Assembly (NCBI GenBank): GCA_963727445.1
Contig: CAVSGI010000004.1
Coordinates: 96,001-160,000, forward strand
Length of the DNA: 64,000 bases
Reading direction: 5' to 3'
Origin: an uncultured delta proteobacterium
GTDB lineage: Bacteria; Myxococcota_A; Polyangia; Polyangiales; B10-G4
Positions within the stretch are counted from its first letter, which is position 1. Every line of letters starts with the position of its first letter. Below are positions 11,124 to 19,176 of the stretch, one piece after another. The translations under genes and the position numbers were made by a program. Under the pieces are notes generated by a model that saw nothing but the letters and a program-made list of their open reading frames with translations, did not search any database and was not told the origin of the DNA.

Positions 11124-12269
11124 TCATGTTTCCAACAACACGTCGGTCAGCGCGTCGGTCATGCTTCGAAAGCGCGCTCGGTCGAAGTGGGCCCCACTTG
11201 TCAGCCAATCGACGTGCTTTTCGTCATCGCGCTGGTCGTCCCGAAAGTGACCAACGACGTCGAGGTGGTCGCCCTTGCCGACCCAGACGAGGTCGCCCCA
11301 CAGCATCGACTCGGTCGGCACCACGCCATCGTTCATCGCGTCATCGAGCTCGTGCCCGATCTGCTCGGTCACGAGTTGGGCGGCTTCCGCGGTCGGCGAC
11401 GCGTATGCGTACCGCTCTACCGGGCGCGACACGACCTCGTAGAGTGTCGAGTAGAGTGTCGCGCAGAGCGCGGCGTACGGAGACCGCATCGACATCAGCG
11501 TACGCAACGGGCGCGGGGGCGGAGAGGCGGTCGCGATGCACGCGTATCGTGTCCCGCTGCGGTCCTCGAGCGCCGCGTTGAACATGTCCATCGCCTCCGG
11601 CATGATCTGAACGATCCCGCCCTGATCGGCCCGGATCTCGCCGAACCAGTCGTGCACCTCCCCGCGGGTGCGCTCGCCGATGACCCGGAGCACGAGGCTC
11701 GTCGCACGGTCCAACAGCCGGACATCGAAGCCCATCGCTGTGTCGATCGACCCGATCGCCGCCACCAGGCTGGAAAAAGCGCTGAGAGGCAGCCCCCCCA
11801 GCGATAGCGTGGTCACGGTGAGCAGCGAGATCGCATAGAGCAGACGCGTGCCCGCGGCGGTCGTGAAGAACGCCGCGAGCGGTGTCCCGTAGTGGGGCGT
11901 GTTGATCGTCACGATCGAACGGAGGCGCTTCTGCCACGCGAGGACGTCGGCCGACACGGGCAGGTTCGTCGTGGGCGAAGCGACGAGTCGGGCGTCCAGG
12001 CCCCCGGTCGAGTGGCCCACGATGTGAATGGGTCCGTCGCTTCCGTCCGCGCTCGCCGCGATGGCCGTGGCGACCATCGCGGCTCGGCGCCGCATGGACG
12101 CCGTGGGCGGCGGCGCGAGCACTTCGAGCGCCATGGGGACGCCTTCCGCCACGAAACGCGCCTCGATCGCTCGCGCGACGTGCCCAAAGTAGTCGTATCC
12201 CGCGAGGTGTCCGAAACCGAACATCCCGGACACCAGATAGACGCGATGGGCCGACGCTCTGGAGCTCAT
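11124..12269 (-). CDS. Alpha/beta-hydrolase, triacylglycerol lipase-like
   Basis: GHSTGG nucleophile elbow, TPHYGTP, NDGVVP, DHLDVVG. ATG 12269 overlaps the upstream stop (ATGA). Confidence 0.85.
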   Translation of the reverse strand: MSSRASAHRVYLVSGMFGFGHLAGYDYFGHVARAIEARFVAEGVPMALEVLAPPPTASMRRRAAMVATAIAASADGSDGPIHIVGHSTGGLDARLVASPTTNLPVSADVLAWQKRLRSIVTINTPHYGTPLAAFFTTAAGTRLLYAISLLTVTTLSLGGLPLSAFSSLVAAIGSIDTAMGFDVRLLDRATSLVLRVIGERTRGEVHDWFGEIRADQGGIVQIMPEAMDMFNAALEDRSGTRYACIATASPPPRPLRTLMSMRSPYAALCATLYSTLYEVVSRPVERYAYASPTAEAAQLVTEQIGHELDDAMNDGVVPTESMLWGDLVWVGKGDHLDVVGHFRDDQRDDEKHVDWLTSGAHFDRARFRSMTDALTDVLLET

Positions 12270-12526
12270 GCGGGCGTGCGCCGTCCCGCGATCGCGTGGT
12301 AGACGATGAGCAGGAGAGCCGCCCCGACGCTCGCGACGAAGATGCTCCAGAGGTTGAAGCCCGTCACCCCCGTCTGGCCGATGAGGTGGAAGGCCCAGCC
12401 TCCAACGAACGCCCCGACGATGCCCAGTACGAGGTCGATCGCGAGCCCCTTGCCGCTGCCGCCGACGAGCTTGCTGGCGATGAACCCCGACAACAGACCG
12501 AGAACTGTCCATGCAATGATCGACAT
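12266..12526 (-). CDS. GlsB/YeaQ/YmgE-family stress membrane protein
   Basis: 86 aa; IIAWTVLGLLSGFIASKL..G...DLVLGIVGAFVGG..GFNLWSIFVASVGAALLL. Confidence 0.92.
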   Translation of the reverse strand: MSIIAWTVLGLLSGFIASKLVGGSGKGLAIDLVLGIVGAFVGGWAFHLIGQTGVTGFNLWSIFVASVGAALLLIVYHAIAGRRTPA

Positions 12527-12596
12527 GTGCTCACCTTCTCGGATCTTCGACGTTCGTGAACGGGTATCGCTCGCGGCGCCTCAATCCGTGCGTTGA

Positions 12597-12956
12597 CTAC
12601 TTGACCTTCGAGCGCTTGGCGCTCTTCACCGCATCCTTGACGACGTGCGTCGCGCGCTTGACGGCGTCACCGACGTCGTGCGCAGCGTGTCTGGCGGCGT
12701 CGCCAACGTCGTGCGCCGCGTGCTTCGCGGCGTCGCCGATGTCGTGTTTCGAGTGTCCTGCCAGGTCGCGCGCTCCCTGGGTCGCGCTCGCCAGCTCGTC
12801 GGCTGCCGCGGTGGCGACGCCCTTCGTGTCACCGGCCGCAGTCTTCAGGACCTTCTTCCCGTCCTTCGCGCCCGCGCGCAACTTCTTCGCCGCGTCGCCG
12901 ATTCCCTTCTTGGCGTTGTTCAGCCCCGTGTTTGCTTGGTCTTTGAGATTGTTCAT
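12597..12956 (-). CDS. Hydrophilic Ala/Lys/Asp-rich protein with 11-aa repeats (LEA-like)
   Basis: HDIGDAAKHAA/HDVGDAARHAA/HDVGDAVKRAT/HVVKDAVKSAK; AAGAGG upstream of ATG 12956. Confidence 0.7.
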   Translation of the reverse strand: MNNLKDQANTGLNNAKKGIGDAAKKLRAGAKDGKKVLKTAAGDTKGVATAAADELASATQGARDLAGHSKHDIGDAAKHAAHDVGDAARHAAHDVGDAVKRATHVVKDAVKSAKRSKVK

Positions 12957-13133
12957 GCGGCCTCTTTTCTCGTTCATCAGTCACGTAGTCACGCTTCTGC
13001 TCGCGGCACCCGCAATCATTCGCAGGCTCGAGAGCTCCGCGCTCTTCTCGCCTTCCTGCATGCCATTGCAGCCAGGAACGCCGGCATTCGTCGCGTTCGC
13101 GCCGAGCGACTCTCCGACGCGGTATGATGGGCC

Positions 13134-13703
13134 GTGGTTCGCGAGATGATGGCGCTCATCGCGCTCGGCTTGGTCGGCTGTTCTGTCCAGAGCTCGGCGC
13201 TCGACCCATCGGCGGACGCCAGCGTCACACCCGATATCGGCATGGGCGACGCGCTCACGCCGGACACCGGTGATGCCCTGGCCGTCCGGGATGCCCGGAT
13301 GGACGGCGACGCCCGCGCGATGGATTCGGCCATGTCCGACGCAGGCGCTTCCGATGGCGCTCTCGACACGGCGATCGCCGACGCGACGCCAGACGATGCG
13401 TCATCGCCACCCGACGCATCCGAGACTCCCGACACGGCGGCACCCCCGGACACCTCGCCGCCCCCGAGCTGCGACAGCCTCTTCTCCAGCTTCGTCCCCC
13501 GCTACGAGCTCTGCAGAGACAGCGCGGCCGAGTGCGAGTTCTACACCTACACGGCGGGCGGTCCGAACTGCCGCGAGCTCTGCACGATGGCGGGGCTCAC
13601 CTGCGTGACCTCCTACGCCGAGGGCGCCACCAACTGCACGCGCAGCTCCGACTACGGCTGCGAATACCGGCACACCGACGGCATCTGCATCTGCATGCGC
13701 TGA
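13134..13703 (+). CDS. Lipoprotein with Asp/Ala linker and Cys-rich C-terminal domain
   Basis: Lipobox LVGC; D/A-rich linker; about 10 Cys in the last ~80 aa. Confidence 0.7.
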   Translation: MVREMMALIALGLVGCSVQSSALDPSADASVTPDIGMGDALTPDTGDALAVRDARMDGDARAMDSAMSDAGASDGALDTAIADATPDDASSPPDASETPDTAAPPDTSPPPSCDSLFSSFVPRYELCRDSAAECEFYTYTAGGPNCRELCTMAGLTCVTSYAEGATNCTRSSDYGCEYRHTDGICICMR

Positions 13704-13738
13704 CGCTCGACCCGATCGGAGAAGCCCGACGCCACTCC

Positions 13739-13754
13739 TGACAGGACGCTGTCA
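13739..13754. promoter_or_regulatory. Palindromic operator upstream of GST
   Basis: TGACAG-GACG-CTGTCA, a perfect 6-bp inverted repeat 75 bp before the GST start. Confidence 0.55.
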
Positions 13755-13829
13755 TGGGCGCTCGGGCAGATTGCACACAGCTCGCACGACGAGGGGCGTC
13801 GGCGCAGCTCACTCGGAGGAGACAACGAC

Positions 13830-14453
13830 ATGTCCTTGGTTCTGCATTACCACCCGTTTTCCCGCGCAGCGGGCACCCTATGGCAGCTGGAGGAAGTGGG
13901 GGTCGATTACGAGCTGCACTTCGTCGACATACTAGGCGGGGCCCAGAAGTCGCCGGACATCCTCACCCAGAACCCGATGGGGAAGGTGCCGACCCTGGTC
14001 GATGACGGCCTGGTGGTGACCGAATCGGCGGCGATCGGGCTGTATCTCGCCGATCGCTATGCGCCAGGCCGGCTGGCACCGGCGGTCGACGATCCGGCGC
14101 GAGGCACCTATCTGCGCTGGTCCCTCTTCGCCCCTTCGGTCATCGAGCCGGCGGTGATGGCGAAGCTCGGGAAATGGGAGTTCAAGGCGTCCCAGGCTGG
14201 CTGGGGCGAATACGACGCGGTCATCGACTCGATGGAGCACGCCATCGCCGGCGGCCCCTTCCTGCTGGGCGATCGATTCTCGATGGCCGACGTCATCTTC
14301 GGCGGAACATTGCGGTACATGCTGCGCGTCGGCACCATCGAGGCGCGCCCGTCCTTCCTCGCGTACGTCGAGCGTCTCGATGCCCGCCCTGCGCTGCAGC
14401 GCGCCGACGCACGAAACGCCGCCATCACCGAAGAGCGTGGCCTGGGAGGCTGA
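13830..14453 (+). CDS. Glutathione S-transferase family protein
   Basis: SRA..W.LEE.G, NPMGKVPTL, ESAAI.LYLAD, FLLGDRFSMADV; GGAGGA RBS. Confidence 0.95.
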   Translation: MSLVLHYHPFSRAAGTLWQLEEVGVDYELHFVDILGGAQKSPDILTQNPMGKVPTLVDDGLVVTESAAIGLYLADRYAPGRLAPAVDDPARGTYLRWSLFAPSVIEPAVMAKLGKWEFKASQAGWGEYDAVIDSMEHAIAGGPFLLGDRFSMADVIFGGTLRYMLRVGTIEARPSFLAYVERLDARPALQRADARNAAITEERGLGG

Positions 14454-14495
14454 GCCGAAACGAGGGCCGGGTCGCGCTATCTACGTCCGCGCCAG

Positions 14496-14631
14496 CCCAC
14501 ATCTTCCCCACTCTTTTCCGCAAATCTGCCGCTGTGAACCAAGCGCCACGATGGCCGGCTCGCGGATCGTGAACGTTGGTGTCCAGGCATGCTCGAACAT
14601 GCGCAAATGTGGGTGGGGCACACACGTTGCT
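14496..14631 (+). promoter_or_regulatory. 11-bp phased repeats plus sigma54 promoter
   Basis: CCCACATCTTC/CCCACTCTTTT/CCGCAAATCTG at 14496-14528; GGCACACACGTTGCT with GG 14617-14618 and GC 14629-14630. Confidence 0.65.
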
Positions 14632-14662
14632 TTGGGAGTCGGGTCTCGTGAAAGGAACCTCG

Positions 14663-15664
14663 ATGACCGCAGTACACCGGCCCGCTCTCCTCCTCGTCCC
14701 TCTCCTCTTGTCGTTCGCGTGCGATGGATCCGTCGATGCGCGGAGCGACGCTGGTGACGCAGCGCTGCCGCGCAGCGACGCCGAATCCTCTTTCGACGAC
14801 GCCAGAGCTCCCGCGGCTGACGCCGGCGCGATGGAGGACGATGGCGGCGGTTCACGGGTCGATGCCGCGGCCGAAGACGCCGCGGCGACGGACGCTGGCC
14901 CCACGCTTGCGAGCGCTTGCGAGGACGCACGGCCGATGGCCATCAACACCGTTTACACGGTTCCCGCGTGGGAAGGAGAGGCGGTCGACGAGTGCTCGCA
15001 CGCCGAGGACGGCGCATCCGTCTACTTCACGGTCGAGGTGCCCGACGGTGCCCACGCCCAGTTCTGGAACGCCGCGCTGCGATACGACTGCGCGAGTTGC
15101 CCGGAGCCCGCCCCCGGCACGCCCTTCGCCGTCGACGACTACTGGGAAAACGAAACGGGGGCTGCGCAGGAGCTCGTGGTGGCGGTCACCGCCGCGCCCC
15201 GGACCGCGCTTCCCGACGGAATGCCGGTCTACGTCGCCGTCGAGCCGAGGGCGACGAACAGCAGCTGTACCACCGCCACGCCCGTGTCGACCCTTCCAAC
15301 CACCCTCGATGGTCTGACCGACGCGCCGCTGACGACACGAGAAGAGCTGCGCTTCAGCTGCCCGACGCCCACCACCTACCCGTCCTTCTCTCGGGCGCAC
15401 TGGTACGCCGTCGACGTACCAGCCGGCCGCACGCTGACCGCCACCACACACGACTACGAGTTCCTCGGCTCCGGTGGGACCCCACCGAGCGTCTACGTCT
15501 TCGACGACTGCGCAGGGACCTGCCTCGCTTCGGCGCAGTTCGTCGACTTCGGAAACCGGCGCGCCGAATTCGCGAACGACGGTGCGAGCACTCGCCGCGT
15601 CTACGTCGCGATCACCGGCCATGGCGCCTACCGATATGGCCTCACGCTGGATCTGGCGCCATAG
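14663..15664 (+). CDS. Secreted Cys-containing lipoprotein (two PPC-like beta modules)
   Basis: Lipobox SFAC after hydrophobic stretch; D/A/G linker; VYFTVEVP and WYAVDVPAG repeats; AAAGGA RBS. Confidence 0.65.
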   Translation: MTAVHRPALLLVPLLLSFACDGSVDARSDAGDAALPRSDAESSFDDARAPAADAGAMEDDGGGSRVDAAAEDAAATDAGPTLASACEDARPMAINTVYTVPAWEGEAVDECSHAEDGASVYFTVEVPDGAHAQFWNAALRYDCASCPEPAPGTPFAVDDYWENETGAAQELVVAVTAAPRTALPDGMPVYVAVEPRATNSSCTTATPVSTLPTTLDGLTDAPLTTREELRFSCPTPTTYPSFSRAHWYAVDVPAGRTLTATTHDYEFLGSGGTPPSVYVFDDCAGTCLASAQFVDFGNRRAEFANDGASTRRVYVAITGHGAYRYGLTLDLAP

Positions 15665-15804
15665 CGCTTCACTCCCCGGTCCCCGGGAAGGTGGCGAGCG
15701 CCAGACCGTGTGGGCCAGCCCAGCGTGGGGCACGCGCCCCAGGGTTGTGGGCGGATGCACACGCGACGCCCGCTTGCGGCCGCCTTCTGCCAAGGATCTC
15801 GCGT

Positions 15805-15820
15805 CGGCCCGAGCCTTGCT
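15805..15820 (+). promoter_or_regulatory. Putative sigma54 promoter, possibly producing a leaderless mRNA
   Basis: CGGCCCGAGCCTTGCT: GG 15806-15807, GC 15818-15819; ATG at 15832 with no SD. Confidence 0.5.
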
Positions 15821-15831
15821 CCACTCGAAGC

Positions 15832-16602
15832 ATGCCCACCCGTCTCGCTCTACGCTCCCTACAGGTCGCAGCGGTCGTCGCGGCCACCTGCTCTGCCGTC
15901 GCACCCGCGCCGGCGTCCGCCCAGGTCGCCTTCGGGTCCTGTGACGGCGCTCAGCCACGCGTCGAGGTCGCGGCCGACCGCGTAGAGACCTGCGGCTTCC
16001 CCGCGATCTCGGACGATGGACGTCGCGTGGCCGTGGTTCGCATGGAACAAGCCGACATGGCGGGCTTCGAAGGGGAGACCGTCGACATTTTCCGCGTACG
16101 CGATGGGCAGCAGCTGCGCACGCTGCCCATCGTTCCCTTCCTGGAGGCGCAGCAGCGATTCGACGCCTCCGCAGCCATGACACCGGCGTACCGGCGCCAG
16201 CTGGAGCGGCGGGCAGAGGTCATCTCCGCGCTTCTTCGGCGGGGGGGCTTCCGACCCATGATCCCGCTCGACTACGACGTGGAACACGAAGACTGGCGAC
16301 GCCCCGGTCTGCGCCTCGCCTGGAGGCCCGGAGGATCGTTCGTCGTGAGAGGCGAGGATGGCCGGACCCTCTTCGAGGAGGCCGCGTCGGCGCCCCCCGT
16401 GCAATCAGTGCCCGAGTCCTCGGACGGCATGTCTTGCGAGAACGAAGAGCGAGTCGGGGGCGTGTGGAGCGGACCCGGCGGCCGCGCGATCGTGATCGAG
16501 CTCCTTCATTGGATCGAAAGTGACGAATGTGGTGGCTATGCCGACGACGCGTACATCGTGCGGCGCCTTCTGGCCAGCGTGGGAGCTTCGCTCCGTGACT
16601 GA
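15832..16602 (+). CDS. Secreted hypothetical protein
   Basis: Signal peptide MPTRLALRSLQVAAVVAATCSAVAPAPASA/Q; this is the coding-like 3' part of track ORF 14917-16602. Confidence 0.65.
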   Translation: MPTRLALRSLQVAAVVAATCSAVAPAPASAQVAFGSCDGAQPRVEVAADRVETCGFPAISDDGRRVAVVRMEQADMAGFEGETVDIFRVRDGQQLRTLPIVPFLEAQQRFDASAAMTPAYRRQLERRAEVISALLRRGGFRPMIPLDYDVEHEDWRRPGLRLAWRPGGSFVVRGEDGRTLFEEAASAPPVQSVPESSDGMSCENEERVGGVWSGPGGRAIVIELLHWIESDECGGYADDAYIVRRLLASVGASLRD

Positions 16603-16636
16603 GCTCCGAGTCGTGCGTTTGGCTATCCTGCGGAAC

Positions 16637-17602
16637 ATGGTCCGAATCCTGCTCGCCGCGCTCACCCTCCTCGTCGCCGTCGGCTGCGACGACGAAGAGA
16701 ACGTCATCCAGCCCCTGGCCGAGGAGGAAGCACCCATCCGTGCACCCGCGCCGCCTCCCAAGATCGCCGACCCCCCGGAGACCCTGCCCCCTTCCACGCC
16801 CGCCCCGGGGAGCGAACCCTTTCCCGAAAGGGCTGGCGAGGATCCGACACGCGCCGAGCTCCTCGACGTCCTGGGAGACGAGGACGATCCCGACGCCCGC
16901 CCGCCGCGGCCGCGGCCGCGCACGCTCGCGGATTGCATCACGGTTGGCTACGAAGACGTCGCCGACCTGACGTCCGCGATGGCCGTAGACCGCGACGGCG
17001 CGCTGATCATCCTGGAGGCCGACGTGGAAGAGAGCGGCCACGGCCAGGTCACGCTCTACCGCTACGACGATGGATCCGAGCGGCAGCTCCTCACGTTTCG
17101 GGGCTGGGGCGCGCCCGTGCCTGCACTGCGGAGGCGCCTGCGCCGATGGGGCCGACTCGAGACACTCCCGAACCTCATCCGAACCCACGCTTACGCCGAG
17201 TTCTCCCTGGACACCTACGCGCCGATGGTCGGGCTCTCGGGGCCGTTGGACGGTTGGGTCGTGTGGCACGAGACCACCGGGATCGCCGAGCGCGAAGAGC
17301 GGCTCCACATCCTGCGCCCCGACGGAAGCGAGTCCCGCACGCTGGCGACGCGCCCTGCGAGCCTCGGCTCCTGCGAGCCGGGCCGCTGGTGTGACATCAA
17401 CGACACCGATCCCGACGCCGAGTGCACCCTCGCGATGCTCGAAGCGGAGGGAGATCTCTGCACCCATCCCGCCGCCATCCACGAGGTCGTGGTCGCCCCG
17501 AGCGGGAAGCTCGTGGTAGCCGGCGACATCATCCATCCCGGCCACGATGGATACTCCCCGTCGCGGTGGGTCGTGGATTTACCGGCGGCGCTCCGGCCCT
17601 GA
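16637..17602 (+). CDS. Hypothetical lipoprotein
   Basis: MVRILLAALTLLVAVGC lipobox; Pro-rich linker. Confidence 0.7.
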   Translation: MVRILLAALTLLVAVGCDDEENVIQPLAEEEAPIRAPAPPPKIADPPETLPPSTPAPGSEPFPERAGEDPTRAELLDVLGDEDDPDARPPRPRPRTLADCITVGYEDVADLTSAMAVDRDGALIILEADVEESGHGQVTLYRYDDGSERQLLTFRGWGAPVPALRRRLRRWGRLETLPNLIRTHAYAEFSLDTYAPMVGLSGPLDGWVVWHETTGIAEREERLHILRPDGSESRTLATRPASLGSCEPGRWCDINDTDPDAECTLAMLEAEGDLCTHPAAIHEVVVAPSGKLVVAGDIIHPGHDGYSPSRWVVDLPAALRP

Positions 17603-17657
17603 GGGTCGTTCCTCGAGAAGAAGGACGCCTGGGCGGTGCAGAATGTAGTTCGCCTGT

Positions 17658-18291
17658 ATGGTGAACGTCGTGGTGAAGGAGGTCTCGCTCTCGATGCTCG
17701 TCCTGGCGGCGGCGGGGTGCGGCCGGTTGAGCTACGACGCGCTCGGGAGGAGCGCCGATGGATCCGTCGCGGACACGGACGCGGGAGACGCATTCGACGC
17801 GGCCGGGGACGGCGGTGATGCACGGCCCCCGGTGGACTCGGGGGTCCTGCTCGATGCGTCAGCCACGGATGGGACGGCGGGCGACGCGCGGGCGACGCGC
17901 CGACGCGAGCCCGAGCGTCATCTGCACCGACGCCGGCACCACGCGGAAATACTGTTCGACCGAGCTCACTCACGACGAGGCGGCGGCGTTCTGTGCGACG
18001 CAGGGCATGACACTCACGAGCGTCATGAACTCCTCGGACAACGGCAGCATGATCAACGGCGCCATCCTCTTCTCGGGCTATCCGTTCTGGATCGGTCTGG
18101 ACGACATCGAGGTCGAGGGCGATTTCCGCTGGGACGACGGAAGCACACTCCGTTTCACCGGGTGGGACCCAGGGCAGCCGGACGACGCGGGCGGCGCCGA
18201 GGATTGCGTCATCTCGGGCTTCGACATCATGGCCGAAACCTGGGACGACGTGAGCTGCGCCGAAAGGCATTCGTTCGTGTGCGGAGCTTGA
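17658..18291 (+). CDS. C-type lectin domain lipoprotein (frameshift at ~17885-17905)
   Basis: Lipobox AAGC + GRLSYD and D/G linker in one frame; CTLD (A..FC, WIGLDD..EG.FRW.DG, W..GQPDD..EDCV..WDDVSC..FVC) in the frame ending 18291. Confidence 0.8.
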
Positions 18292-18303
18292 GAGGGTCGA
18301 TCG

Positions 18304-18798
18304 TCAGCGAACCGGGCGATGCCCGCGCACGCCAGTGAGCCGCGTCGTGTCCACGCGAAGCGTCAGCAGCAGCGTCCAGAGGAGCCGGCAGGTGAAGTGG
18401 TCGGCGCCGAGGGGCTCGCAGTAGCGCTCGAGGGTGGTGGCGGCGTCGTCGTGGGCGAGCTTCTTCGCCATGTCGAGGGCTTCGAGGCGGCTGTGCGCGA
18501 AGCCCTCCTCCTCGGCTCGGTCGAGCTGGCGGACGATGTCGACGTACTCGGTGACGTGTGGGGTGATCGCGCTCTTCGGGATGGCGGCGCGCGCGATCAC
18601 CTCGCCATCTTCGCTGCAGAGGGTGAGGGTGGTGGCCTGTCCGCTGACCGCGACCTCCAGGCGGTGGGCGCGCTCGGGAAAGGTCGCCGCATCGCCGGCG
18701 GAGAGCAGGCCCTGAATCGAGGCGCGCCATTCGCCGCGCCGCGCGGCGTCGGCGTCCTCCCAGGTGCGATCGTCGATGCGGACCTCGGACAGCGACAT
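18304..18798 (-). CDS. UPF0262-family protein
   Basis: EYVDIV.....RLEALDMAKKLAHDDAA..L......DHFTCRLLWTL resembles the UPF0262 IEAIDMGRRGLHNE..TARRLFTL motif. Confidence 0.7.
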   Translation of the reverse strand: MSLSEVRIDDRTWEDADAARRGEWRASIQGLLSAGDAATFPERAHRLEVAVSGQATTLTLCSEDGEVIARAAIPKSAITPHVTEYVDIVRQLDRAEEEGFAHSRLEALDMAKKLAHDDAATTLERYCEPLGADHFTCRLLWTLLLTLRVDTTRLTGVRGHRPVR

Positions 18799-19157
18799 CA
18801 ACCGAGCTTCTCGCGCCACTCGGCTTCTTTGAAGCCCACCAGCGCGAAACCGTCACCGAGGAAGAGCGGCCGCTTGATCAGCTTTCCATCGGCGGCGAGC
18901 GCCGCGAAGGCTTCGGCGTCGCTCATCTTCGCCAGCTTGTTCTTGTAACCGCCCTGCCGATAGGACTGCCCGCTGGTGTTGAACATCTTTGCGATCGGCA
19001 CGCCGGCGAGCTTCTGGATCTTCTCGAGCTTCGTCACCGACGGGGGCTTGTCGACGATGTCGATGGCGGTGTGATCCACCTCTCGTGTGGCGAGCCACTT
19101 GGTCGCCTTCCGGCAGGTGCTGCACTTCGGATACTGGTAGAGCTCGTTCTTGGCCAC
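18798..19157 (-). CDS. ArsC/Spx/YffB-family thioredoxin-fold protein
   Basis: YPKCSTCRKA.KWL, FNTSGQSYR, LIKRP, VGFKE..W. Confidence 0.9.
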   Translation of the reverse strand: MAKNELYQYPKCSTCRKATKWLATREVDHTAIDIVDKPPSVTKLEKIQKLAGVPIAKMFNTSGQSYRQGGYKNKLAKMSDAEAFAALAADGKLIKRPLFLGDGFALVGFKEAEWREKLG

Positions 19158-19176
19158 GGAGGTGCTTCTAGCACGA

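Noticed and set aside
13045..13075. Sigma54 promoter for the LEA-like gene (TGGCATGCAGGAAGGC on the minus strand)
   Set aside because: Spacing gives GG-N10-GG, not GC.
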